A DNA stretch of 64,000 nucleotides from a virus. Under the pieces are notes generated by a model, which saw only the letters and a list, made by a program, of their open reading frames with translations, was not told the origin of the DNA and ran no database searches. The stretch covers positions 3,689-67,688 of IMG/VR virus record IMGVR_UViG_3300042447_000151, one strand, 5' to 3'. Shown here one piece after another: positions 41,788-52,200 of the stretch. Both the position numbers and the translations under genes were made by a program. Positions within the stretch are counted from its first letter, which is position 1. The number at the start of each line of letters is the position of its first letter.

Positions 41788-44216
41788 ACAAACCTCTTGG
41801 AATATTAATGCCAGATACCCAATTCCCTTCGCAGTTAGCGACTGATCAGGAAAAGGCATCATGGGAATATGGCTTAAGAATTGGGCAAAGCATTTCATAC
41901 GAATGGTTTGCAAAGACAGGCAACAGTTGCCGATACTATTCACAATGGATTGACTTCCATAGAGTTAGACTTTATGCTCGTGGTGAGCAACCTGTCGCTA
42001 AATACAAAAGCCAATTAGAAGTTGATGGCGATATGTCGCATATTAACTTAGATTGGACTCCTGTACCAATCATCCCTAAGTTTGTTGACATTGTTGTTAA
42101 CGGGATGAATGATAGGTTATTTGAAATTAAAGCGTATTCTATAGACCCGATGTCTATTGAGAAACGTTCTAAGTTTCAAGAAATGGTGGAGGCAGATATG
42201 ATTGCAAAACCTGTTTTAATGCAAGCAAAAGAATCCTTAGGTGTAGATGCATTTAATGTCCCTGAGGATGACTTGCCTGAAACACCTCAAGAGTTGTCAT
42301 TATTCATGCAGCTTAAATATAAGCCAACTATTGAAATTGCGGAAGAAGAGGCAATTAATACCATACTAGAAGTAAATCATTATCAAGACGTTCGTAAAAG
42401 GGTCGACTACGATATTACAACTATTGGAATCGGTGTTGTAAAACACTCATTCGTTCCAGGTACTGGAGTTTGTGTGGAGTATGTTGACCCCGCTAACATT
42501 GTATATAGTTACACAGAATCCCCAACATTTGACGATTGTTTCTATTGGGGAGAAGTAAAGCAAGTACCAATCACAGAACTAATTAAGATTAAGCCAGACA
42601 TTACAAAAGAGGAGTTGGCAGAGATTCAGCAATTAGGAACTGCTTGGTACAATTATTATGGGATTATGCGTCCTTACCGTAGCGATATCTTTAATAGAGA
42701 TGTAGTTACATTATTATATTTTAACTACAAAACAGATAAGACATTTGTTTACAAGAAAAAATATCTTGAAAACAATGGCGTTCGTGTAATTCAGAAAGAT
42801 GAGAACTTTAATCCTCCGGAAGGAACTGAAGAAAGGTTTGAAAGAATTGAGAAGAGAATTGACGTATGGTACGAAGGTATTATGGTACCTGGATCTCCTT
42901 ATTTACTTAAGTGGGAGCTTGCTCGCAATATGGTTCGCCCTAAATCTGTTTCTCAGTATGCGTTACCACAATATATAGCTATTGCTCCAAGAATGTACAA
43001 AGGCATCATTGAGTCATTGACTCGTCGTATGATTCCTTTTGCTGACTTAATTCAAATGACCCATCTTAAATTGCAACAAGTTCTACAACGTGTTGTGCCA
43101 GATGGTGTGTTTATTGATGCTGACGGTATTAATGAGGTTGATTTAGGTACAGGTGGTGCTTATAATCCTGAGGACGCTCTTCGTTTGTATTTCCAAACGG
43201 GTAGTGTTATTGGACGTAGCATGACAACTGATGGTGACTTAAACCATGGACGTATACCTATTCAAGAATTAAATAGCAATAGTGGCCAAGCAAAAATTGC
43301 ATCATTAATTGGAGCATACAATCAATACTTAAGTATGATTCGTGATGTAACAGGATTGAATGAAGCACGTGATGGATCAACTCCACACCCTGATGCATTA
43401 GTTGGCGTTCAGAAACTTGCGGCACTTAATTCAAACACAGCAACTCGTCACATACTAGAAGCGAGTCAGTTTATTTCACGCAAATTAGCTGAGGCATTAT
43501 CACTTCGTATTGCTGACGTATTAGAATACTCTGACTTTAAAGAGCAGTTTGCTATGCAAATTGGCAAGTATGCTGTGAACATGTTGGAAGAAATCAAAGA
43601 TTTGTACTTGCATGACTTTGGTATCTTTATTGAGGTGTCACCTGACGAAGAAGAAAAAGGTCAGTTAGAAGCCAATATACAAATGGCCCTACAGCGTGAC
43701 CAAATAAGTTTAGAAGATGCAATTGATATTCGTCAAATGAAGAATATTAAGTTAGCGAATGAACTACTTAAACTTAAGAGAAAGTCTAAGCAGAAGTTAG
43801 ATATGCAACAAAAGCAGGCTGAAATTCAGATGCAAACTCAAGGCAATATCCAATCTTCTCAAGCATCAGCTCAGGCTGCATTACAAAAAGTACAAGCAGA
43901 GGCTCAAGCTAAAGCACAACTTGCTCAAGCACAAATGAATTTTGATATTCAACGTATGCAGGCTGAAGCACAAATTAAAGAACAACTTATGGCTGTTGAG
44001 TTTAACTATAACATGCAACTTAAAGGCATGGAGGTTAGTCAAATCAAACAGCTAGATATGGACAAAGAGAAAGCAAAGGATGATCGCACAAAACTTCAAG
44101 CTACTCAACAATCTAAGTTAATTGAACAACGTCAAAAAGACCTTCCAGCAATGAACTTCGAAAGCGAAGAAGATTCGTTGGATGGCTTCAACTTGGAGCA
44201 ATTTAACCCAAGATAA
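41784..44216 (+). CDS. Portal protein
   Basis: Follows terL; LDWTPVPIIPKFVDIVVNG, IRDVTGLNEARDG, Q-rich C-terminal barrel. Confidence 0.88.
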   Translation: MNKPLGILMPDTQFPSQLATDQEKASWEYGLRIGQSISYEWFAKTGNSCRYYSQWIDFHRVRLYARGEQPVAKYKSQLEVDGDMSHINLDWTPVPIIPKFVDIVVNGMNDRLFEIKAYSIDPMSIEKRSKFQEMVEADMIAKPVLMQAKESLGVDAFNVPEDDLPETPQELSLFMQLKYKPTIEIAEEEAINTILEVNHYQDVRKRVDYDITTIGIGVVKHSFVPGTGVCVEYVDPANIVYSYTESPTFDDCFYWGEVKQVPITELIKIKPDITKEELAEIQQLGTAWYNYYGIMRPYRSDIFNRDVVTLLYFNYKTDKTFVYKKKYLENNGVRVIQKDENFNPPEGTEERFERIEKRIDVWYEGIMVPGSPYLLKWELARNMVRPKSVSQYALPQYIAIAPRMYKGIIESLTRRMIPFADLIQMTHLKLQQVLQRVVPDGVFIDADGINEVDLGTGGAYNPEDALRLYFQTGSVIGRSMTTDGDLNHGRIPIQELNSNSGQAKIASLIGAYNQYLSMIRDVTGLNEARDGSTPHPDALVGVQKLAALNSNTATRHILEASQFISRKLAEALSLRIADVLEYSDFKEQFAMQIGKYAVNMLEEIKDLYLHDFGIFIEVSPDEEEKGQLEANIQMALQRDQISLEDAIDIRQMKNIKLANELLKLKRKSKQKLDMQQKQAEIQMQTQGNIQSSQASAQAALQKVQAEAQAKAQLAQAQMNFDIQRMQAEAQIKEQLMAVEFNYNMQLKGMEVSQIKQLDMDKEKAKDDRTKLQATQQSKLIEQRQKDLPAMNFESEEDSLDGFNLEQFNPR

Positions 44217-44253
44217 TTTTTATTATTACTTTTGTGCAACTAAATTAAATTAA

Positions 44254-45360
44254 ATGGATAATATTCAAGTAAAACTGGTAGACTTCGAAGAGAAGTCTGT
44301 AGCAGAAGTTGAGCAACAATTGCTTGACGAACATGCTGAAAAGACCGCTCCTATAGAGGAGATGGCCGCAGAGTTAAATGCAACTACCGAGGCAACTCAG
44401 GAAGTTATTGAAAGTCAGCCACAATTTGGCGACAACGACGTTCTTTCATATTTGAAAACCAAATTCAACAAGGAGGTAAACTCTTTGGATGAATTATTTA
44501 CAGAAAAGCCACAGCCTCAACAGGAGTTACTACCTGAAGATGTTAATGCTTTCTTAAAATTTAAGAAAGAGACAGGGCGTGGCTTAGAAGATTTCTACCG
44601 TGTTAACCAAGACTTTTCTAAGGTTAACCCAGAAAGACTTCTAGCTGACTACATGCGTGAGACTAATCCTGATTTTGATGATGAGGATATCGCATTTGAA
44701 TATGAATCAAAGTTTAAATACGATGAGGATTATGATGATGAGAAAGAAATCAAGCGTAAGAAGTTAGCACTTAAAAAAGAACTTGGCAAGGCTGCAAAGT
44801 ACTTTGAAGAACAAAAGGAAAAATACAAAGCTCCCCTTGAGTCGAGGATGGAGTCTACTATTCCTGCTGAGGACAGAGAGGCTTTGGAATCTTACAAGCA
44901 ATATATCAGCCAATCTACTGCTGCGCAGCAAGATCAGGCTAAAAAGTCGGAGTACTTTATAAATAAGACAAACGAATTATTCTCTGATGAATTCAAAGGT
45001 TTTGATTTCAAAGTTGGAGATAAGGAAGTATCTTATAAACCGGGAACTCCAGAGCAGCTGAAAGCTCAACAAACAGACATTTCCAAATTCTTTAGCAATT
45101 TTGTTAACGAAGAAGGATACATTAAGGATGCTAAACAGTATCACAAAACAATTGCTGCGGCAATGAACCCTGATGCGATGGCCAAATTCTTTTATGATAT
45201 GGGCAAAGCAGATGCAATTGATGATTCAGTTCGTCAAAGCAAGAACATTGATATGAGCGTTAGAAATGCTCCACAAAATATCGATAAAGGCGGATTTAAA
45301 GTAACAGCATTGGATAGTGATCATGGTAACAGACTTAAGATTAAATCTTTAAAAAACTAA
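44254..45360 (+). CDS. Putative scaffolding protein
   Basis: Acidic helical protein between portal and capsid; TACTTTTG promoter at 44227-44234. Confidence 0.65.
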   Translation: MDNIQVKLVDFEEKSVAEVEQQLLDEHAEKTAPIEEMAAELNATTEATQEVIESQPQFGDNDVLSYLKTKFNKEVNSLDELFTEKPQPQQELLPEDVNAFLKFKKETGRGLEDFYRVNQDFSKVNPERLLADYMRETNPDFDDEDIAFEYESKFKYDEDYDDEKEIKRKKLALKKELGKAAKYFEEQKEKYKAPLESRMESTIPAEDREALESYKQYISQSTAAQQDQAKKSEYFINKTNELFSDEFKGFDFKVGDKEVSYKPGTPEQLKAQQTDISKFFSNFVNEEGYIKDAKQYHKTIAAAMNPDAMAKFFYDMGKADAIDDSVRQSKNIDMSVRNAPQNIDKGGFKVTALDSDHGNRLKIKSLKN

Positions 45361-45378
45361 AACCAAAAAACAAAAACA

Positions 45379-46794
45379 ATGGCTGGATCAGTTCAATCTA
45401 CCCCGGGCTTTCAATTAGAGCCCTCAGCGGTAAAGGCAACATTGCCTACAAACTACATTACTAACTTCGACTTCTTAAACCAGTATCTACCTGATACTTA
45501 CGAGGCTGAATTCGAGCGTTATGGTAATCGTTCTATTGCATCTTTCTTACGTATGGTAGGTGCAGAATTACCTTCTAACTCTGACTTAATCAAATGGGCA
45601 GAGCAAGGTCGTTTACACACTAAGTATGTAAACTGTACTTCAGCAGCTGCTGCAGGACAAGATACAGCTGTGTGGACTGTTGAAGATGCAGATGTAACTG
45701 TTAACTTCCGTGTTAACCAAACTGTATTCTTATCTGCTAACGCTGGTTCTGCTTCTGATAAAGCGGTTATCACTGCAGTAGATACAACTGCTAACACTTT
45801 CACTGTGGCTTACTATGCTGCTTCAGGACAATCAATCGCTGTAGATACTGCTTCTACTGCTTTCGTTTACGGTTCTGAATTCACTAAGGGTTCATTAGGA
45901 ATGGAAGGTTCTTTAGAGTCTCAAGACTTATTCTTCGAGAACAAGCCAATCATCATCAAAGACAAGTACACTGTGTCTGGTTCTGATATGGCTCAAATCG
46001 GATGGGTTGAAGTGACTTCTGAGAATGGTGCTACTGGTTACTTATGGTACATCAAATCTGAGCACGAGACTCGTTTACGTTTCGAAGATTACTTAGAGAT
46101 GTCAATGGTTGAAGGTGTTCCTGCAGAAGCTGGTTCAGCTGCTGCTACTTACTTAACTGTTGCTTCTTCTCAAGTACAACCTGGTGCTGCTGGTACTCAA
46201 GGTTTATTCAATGCAGTTGCAGAACGTGGAAACGTTTGGGCAGGTGGTAACCCAACTACTTTGTCTGACTTCGATTCTATCATCCAACGTCTTGACAAGC
46301 AAGGAGCAATCCAAGAGAACGTTATCTTCTTAAACCGTAAGTTTGGTTTCGATATCGACGATATGTTGGCATCTCAAAACTCTTATGGTTCAGGTGGTAC
46401 TTCTTACGGTTTGTTCGACAACAGCGAGCAAATGGCGTTAAACTTAGGTTTCACAGGCTTTAAGCGTGGATACGATTTCTACAAGACTGACTGGAAATAC
46501 CTAAACGATGCAACTACTCGTGGTGGAATCGTAGGTGGAGCTATCAATGGTATCTTGGTACCTGCAGGTTCTACTAACGTATACGATCAAATCTTAGGAA
46601 AGAATGCTAAGCGTCCGTTCTTACACGTACGTTACCGTGCTTCTGAAACTGAAGATCGTCGTTACAAAACTTGGATCACTGGTTCTGCTGGTGGTGCTCA
46701 AACAAGTTCTTTAGATGCAATGGAGGTTAACTTCTTATCTGAGCGTGCTTTATGTACTCTTGGTGCGAACAACTTCTTCTTGTTCGAGAACTAG
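45379..46794 (+). CDS. Major capsid protein
   Basis: Position; strongly biased codons; WAEQGRLH, IIKDKY.VSGSD, E.RLRFEDYLEMSM, SERALCTLGANNF; followed by terminator. Confidence 0.88.
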   Translation: MAGSVQSTPGFQLEPSAVKATLPTNYITNFDFLNQYLPDTYEAEFERYGNRSIASFLRMVGAELPSNSDLIKWAEQGRLHTKYVNCTSAAAAGQDTAVWTVEDADVTVNFRVNQTVFLSANAGSASDKAVITAVDTTANTFTVAYYAASGQSIAVDTASTAFVYGSEFTKGSLGMEGSLESQDLFFENKPIIIKDKYTVSGSDMAQIGWVEVTSENGATGYLWYIKSEHETRLRFEDYLEMSMVEGVPAEAGSAAATYLTVASSQVQPGAAGTQGLFNAVAERGNVWAGGNPTTLSDFDSIIQRLDKQGAIQENVIFLNRKFGFDIDDMLASQNSYGSGGTSYGLFDNSEQMALNLGFTGFKRGYDFYKTDWKYLNDATTRGGIVGGAINGILVPAGSTNVYDQILGKNAKRPFLHVRYRASETEDRRYKTWITGSAGGAQTSSLDAMEVNFLSERALCTLGANNFFLFEN

Positions 46795-46801
46795 TAAACT
46801 T

Positions 46802-46840
46802 AGGGGGAGGCTTCGGTCTCCCCTTATTTAATTTTGTTTA
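46802..46840 (+). terminator. Intrinsic terminator after major capsid gene
   Basis: AGGGGGAGGC-TTCG-GTCTCCCCTT hairpin then T-rich tract. Confidence 0.8.
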
Positions 46841-46859
46841 AATTTTAAAATCAAATATA

Positions 46860-47606
46860 ATGTCAACTCAGAAAGAATTAAAGGACAAGGTCTATGTCCT
46901 TAAAAGAAAAACATTCCCTATTAGCTTTATGCTTGCTAGTAGAAATACTAGAAACAAGTCTTTATTGTACTTTGATGCAAGTAAAGGTCTTAACCGTGCA
47001 TTGCGTTATGCAGTTAACCAAAAGTCTCCATTTGAAGATGAGCAAGATGGTAACTTCATTTTAGAGCCAATCATCTTTGAAGATGGTTTGTTAGCCGTTA
47101 ATAAGTACAATCAAGTATTACAACAATTTTTAGAATTCCACCCAGATAATGGTGTGTTATTCGAAGAGGTTGATACTCAAAGAGATGCAAACAATCAGAT
47201 TGAAGTTATGTACTCTCAATTGGATGCACAACTTGCTGCACGTGATTTAGATATCAATACTGCAGATGCATTAGGACGTGTGTTATTAGGAGCACGTGTT
47301 GATCGTTTAACTACCGAGGAATTGAGACGTGATTTAATTTTATATGCACGTAATCATCCTTATGATTTCATGAACATGTTAAATGACCCTGAACTTAAGT
47401 TAAATGATATTGCAGCTAAAGCGTTGCAAGATGGCACGTTTGTTTTAAAGAACAAGAAGCGTGATATCTTCTTTAATTTGCCTGACAATAAGAATAAGTT
47501 GATGGGTGTACCATTCGGAGAAGACCCGTTAAAGCTCTTAGCATCTTATTTGCAGAGCAATGATGGTCTCGACATTTATGAGACGCTAGTCAAAAAATAT
47601 CGTTAA
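46860..47606 (+). CDS. Conserved structural-module hypothetical protein
   Basis: RALRYA.NQKSPF.DEQ, IIFEDG.L.V; follows capsid gene as in crAss-like phages. Confidence 0.65.
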   Translation: MSTQKELKDKVYVLKRKTFPISFMLASRNTRNKSLLYFDASKGLNRALRYAVNQKSPFEDEQDGNFILEPIIFEDGLLAVNKYNQVLQQFLEFHPDNGVLFEEVDTQRDANNQIEVMYSQLDAQLAARDLDINTADALGRVLLGARVDRLTTEELRRDLILYARNHPYDFMNMLNDPELKLNDIAAKALQDGTFVLKNKKRDIFFNLPDNKNKLMGVPFGEDPLKLLASYLQSNDGLDIYETLVKKYR

Positions 47607-47611
47607 ATTAA

Positions 47612-47640
47612 GAGGGCACATCTAGTGCCCTTTTTTTATT
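47612..47640 (+). terminator. Intrinsic terminator
   Basis: GGGCAC-ATCTA-GTGCCC then TTTTTTT; TATCTTTG promoter follows at 47640-47647. Confidence 0.8.
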
Positions 47641-47652
47641 ATCTTTGTCATT

Positions 47653-48345
47653 ATGATAAATTCCGTACGAAATACTGTCCTAAATATTATCAATAAGGAT
47701 AATAATGGGTTTATTACACCAGAAGAATTCAACAGCTTTGCAAAACAGGCTCAGTTAGAATTGTTCATGCAATACTTCTTTGACTTTCAGCAGTCCAAAG
47801 TAAAGGACATGAAGGGCATGGAGACTAGTGGCTACTCAGATATCACTAAGCAAATAGACCAAACTATTGACTTCTTTTCTAGAAACACAGACTTGGTTTA
47901 TAATAACACAGATGATAAATTTGATTTGCCTGAAAACTTTTTCTTGTTAAATGTACTGTACTATAATGGCAAAGAGGTAACTCACGTTAATCAGGAGAAG
48001 TTACATTATTTACTTAATTCCAATTTAACGGCACCTACAGAAACATACCCTACATACGTTATGCAGGGCAATCAAATAACTGTATACCCAACTACTATTA
48101 CGGATGATATTAATATCTACTATGTTCGCTACCCAGCGGACCCTAAGTGGACTTATACAGTAGTAAACGGTAGCCCTTTATTTAACCAATCAGCAAATGA
48201 CTACCAAGATTTTGAGTTAGCTATATCTGACTTCCCTAAATTGGTCGTTAAGATTTGCCAATATGCAGGAGTAAGTATTAGAGAAGCTGATGTAGTACAA
48301 GCATCCAGAGCAGAAGAAGCGTACACTGATCAAAAACAACAATAA
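47653..48345 (+). CDS. Tail ring/tubular protein (P22 gp4-like)
   Basis: NKDNNGFITPEEFN.FAKQAQLE, Y.RYP.DPKW.Y, QDFEL. Confidence 0.7.
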   Translation: MINSVRNTVLNIINKDNNGFITPEEFNSFAKQAQLELFMQYFFDFQQSKVKDMKGMETSGYSDITKQIDQTIDFFSRNTDLVYNNTDDKFDLPENFFLLNVLYYNGKEVTHVNQEKLHYLLNSNLTAPTETYPTYVMQGNQITVYPTTITDDINIYYVRYPADPKWTYTVVNGSPLFNQSANDYQDFELAISDFPKLVVKICQYAGVSIREADVVQASRAEEAYTDQKQQ

Positions 48346-49241
48346 TGAATCAGGAGAAATATTACACCAATGATGGGGTCTCCCCTACCGATGCCAATTG
48401 GGGCACGTATCAGAATGTAACATTAGGTGATGTTGTAAACAACTTCATCTTGATGTATACAGACGATGGAGATTTGTTAAACAATATCAATAGATATAAG
48501 GTTTTATTCCACGCAAAAAGAGCGGTACAGGAATTAAACTATGATGGTAATCGCCAAATTAATGCTTTACAGCTAGAAGTTGGACATGACCTTAAATTTA
48601 TCTTGCCTCCTGATTACGTGAACTATGTTCGTGTATCTTTATTTTGGGGCGGCAATTTGTACCCAATGACTGAGAACCCTCAAGCTAATTCATCTATTGA
48701 ATTCTTGCAGGATGATGAGTATCAAATCCTATTTGATGACCAAGGCAATGCATTACAGGGCACATCTAAATTAGACTTGTCTCGTATTGATGGTGAGAAC
48801 TATATGTTATGCCCATTCAATAATCAGTGGGGTTGGTATGTAGATGGATTATGGTATTTCACTTGGGGATTCGGTGCTGCTTATGGATTAAATACCGAGG
48901 TGGCAAACGTTAACCCTACATTCAGAGTAGACAAAGCAGCTGGCGTAATTAACTTTAGCTCAGGCATGTTCAATCGCTCTGTGGTATTAGAATATATTTC
49001 TGACGGATTGTATCCAGGTGACGACAACAAAATTGTTATCAATAAACTAGCAGAAGAATATATCTACTCATATATTAAGTGGGCTATTTTAAATACTAAG
49101 GCAAATCAGCCTGAGTATGTTATTAACAGAGCTCGCAAAGAAAAGGTTTCTAATTGGAGAAACGCAAAAATTAGATTAAGTAATTTACACCCAGGTCGCT
49201 TGTTGATGAGCATGAGAGGCCAATCTAAGTGGATTAAGTAA
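48345..49241 (+). CDS. Tail ring/adaptor structural protein
   Basis: FHAKRA.QELNYD, LPPDYVNYVRVS, VLEYISDGL, RNAKIRLSN, MRGQSKWIK. Confidence 0.7.
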   Translation: MNQEKYYTNDGVSPTDANWGTYQNVTLGDVVNNFILMYTDDGDLLNNINRYKVLFHAKRAVQELNYDGNRQINALQLEVGHDLKFILPPDYVNYVRVSLFWGGNLYPMTENPQANSSIEFLQDDEYQILFDDQGNALQGTSKLDLSRIDGENYMLCPFNNQWGWYVDGLWYFTWGFGAAYGLNTEVANVNPTFRVDKAAGVINFSSGMFNRSVVLEYISDGLYPGDDNKIVINKLAEEYIYSYIKWAILNTKANQPEYVINRARKEKVSNWRNAKIRLSNLHPGRLLMSMRGQSKWIK

Positions 49242-52200
49242 ATGGTAGAACTTCAAAGAAACTTCCTTTTAGGGGTCATGAATAAAGACCTTGACCCTCA
49301 TTTTTTACCTGACGGTACATACAGAGACGCACTTAATATTATTGTGGGCGACTCTGATGGTGCATTTGTTGAGGAGGATGGTAGCCGTAATGGCGTAGCC
49401 CAAAACTATTTGGGTAATATTTTAAAAGGTGTAGACTTGGAGTTAACTAATGCTACTTGCATTGGCTCATTAGCTTTTGAAACTAATAATTGTATTTATT
49501 GGTTGGTGGCATCTGATACATTAGATGCGGTGTATGAATACAACGAAATAAATGATACAATTACACCTGTATTGCAAGCCACTAAGTCAACACCCACTAC
49601 GCCTTCATTGCTTGGCTTTAACAAGGCGTTCTTTGTTACAGGTATCAATTACATCAACGGACTTCTTTTTTGGACTGACGACTTAAATCCTCCACGTAGG
49701 ATCAATGTTGATAGATGTAAAAATTATACGGTAAATGGTTTTACTGATGCTGACATTAATGTTATTTTAGCTCCTCCATTATCTGCACCTACTATTAATT
49801 TATACACATCAGGGGAATCAAATAACCTAGAGAATAAATTTCTTTATTTTTCTTACAGATATAAATATTTAGATAATGAGTATAGTGCTTTAGCACCATT
49901 CTCTTCAGTTGCTTTTTTACCAGAACAATATGCTTATGACTATGGAGTGTCTGAGAATATCTCAATGGTAAATAGATACAATACAGCCAATATCACTTTT
50001 AATTCGGGGCCTAAAAATGTCAAAGAGATACAGTTAATATTTAGAGACACGCTAAGCATTAATACTTATGTAATTGACAACCTTGTTAAAGGGGTAAATA
50101 ATTATGCTGATAACACCGAATATTCTTACGAATTTAAAAACAATAAGGTATATACTGTATTTCCGCAAGAACAAATTAATAGACTATTTGATAATGTTCC
50201 AATTAGAGCTAAGTCTCAAGAATTAATTGGTAGCAGATTAGTGTACGGAAATTATACGCAGTTTTTTGATTTATTAAAATGCAACAAAGAACCTATTAAT
50301 CCTGCATTTACTTTATCACTAACTACGTCTCCTGTTATACTTGAAAATCCAAAGCCTACATTTAAAAGTAATAGAGACTATGAGATTGGTATAGAATATT
50401 TAGATGATTATGGCAGAGCAACAACAGTTGTTGTGCCAACTGAAAATACAAATACTATATTCATACCTCCTGCAAACGCAATAGTTGCAAACAATATTAG
50501 AGTAACAATTGATGGGGATTATGAGCCTCCTTGCTTTGCCACGCACTATAGATTTATGCTCAAGCAAAATAAACAAGAGTATTATAATTTATTCCCATTG
50601 ACTTATTTTAAAGATGGTCAATTCGTTTGGTTTTTGATTAATCAAGCCGACCAAAACAAAATATCGGTTGGGTCTTATTTATATTTAAAAACAGCTACAA
50701 ATAACACTGCAATACAATATAAAGTATTAGACATATTGTCTCAGCCTGAAAATTTCCTAAATACGCCTCAATTTAACCAACCTGCAGGTGTTTATTTTAG
50801 AATAAAAATTGAGGACGAGGCTCTACCTCCTACATCTTATTATTCAGCAAGAGGCAATGGGGTAAACGGAGTAGCTTCTGTTGAAGTTGTATTTGATAGA
50901 TTTAGTGTAGCAGAAAACCCTATATTTTACGGTTCTGGATTAAATGACATGTCAACAGGGGCATCAAATGTGTACTCAAGTGCTAATGATGCTCGTTTCT
51001 ATGTGGAAATAGATGGAGTAAATACTTTTAAATATTACATTACTTACGATGCAAACTACAAAGTTCTTGTTTCGTCTGGTGTTTCTATAACAGCTGGGGC
51101 AGATCAAGTTCTTACATACGCTAGTTTAAGTTGTTCTATAAATTTTGCATCAAGCACAGGGCATACTATTGGTGATTATTGGGTTATTAACTGTAGGAGT
51201 TTAGATGGACTAAATATTTTTGGTGGTACAACAGCATATGATCCAGACCTTTTCCCCGCAGCATTTTTTCAGTTTGTAAATTGGGCTCCAAATTTATCTT
51301 ATAACTCAGATAGACCTATAAAAGCAGGTGCTATTTTAACATTTAGATATAAGGAAACAAATGGTTCTGACCAATGGATTACTCAAACATTTGTATCATC
51401 AAAAAATTATGTAAACATAGAAGAATGGTACATAGAAGATTCTGCATATGAAAGCTGGATTCAACTTAACAATGTTACAAATCAAAGTATAGGAACTACA
51501 AATATATGCTTTAGAAGAGGAACTCCTGGTACTACTAGCCCACAAAGACTTGATCAGGGCAGCACTATTAGTCCTGCTAGTTTATTGTATCCTGTATATA
51601 TGTATTTTTATACATTCCAAAGAGAACCTGGTTTATTAGAGTTCTCTTATGTAGATACTGAGTTTACACTACAACAATCTGATTCCCCGTCTATTTTTGA
51701 AACGGTTCCAACAGACACCAACCAAGACATATACTATGAGCTTACACAAACGTATCCTATTATCGATGGCAATCACTATGGAAATGTTGACAATCAGAAT
51801 GTTGCATTGGGTGCTCCGGCGGTAATAGATTTAAACACGTTTGACTTTAACTCAGACTTTAATGCATTTAGTTTTGGTAATGGAGTTGAAAGTTTTAGAA
51901 TTAGAGACGACTTTAATTCTGCAACAATGCAATTCAGCCCACGTGCTAACTCTACTATTGAAGGATACGAGGAGCAAACGCTTGTTCAAGCATTAACCTA
52001 CAGTGGGGTATATACAGAAAATACCGCAATAAATAGACTCAATGAGTTTAACTTATCACTTGGTAACTTTAAATATTTGGACAGATTTTTTGGTTCAATC
52101 CAAAAGTTATTCTCTCGTGACACTGATTTAGTTGTGTTACAGGAAAATAAAGTATCTAAAGTTCTTTATGGGAAGAATTTATTAAGTGATTCTACAGGTG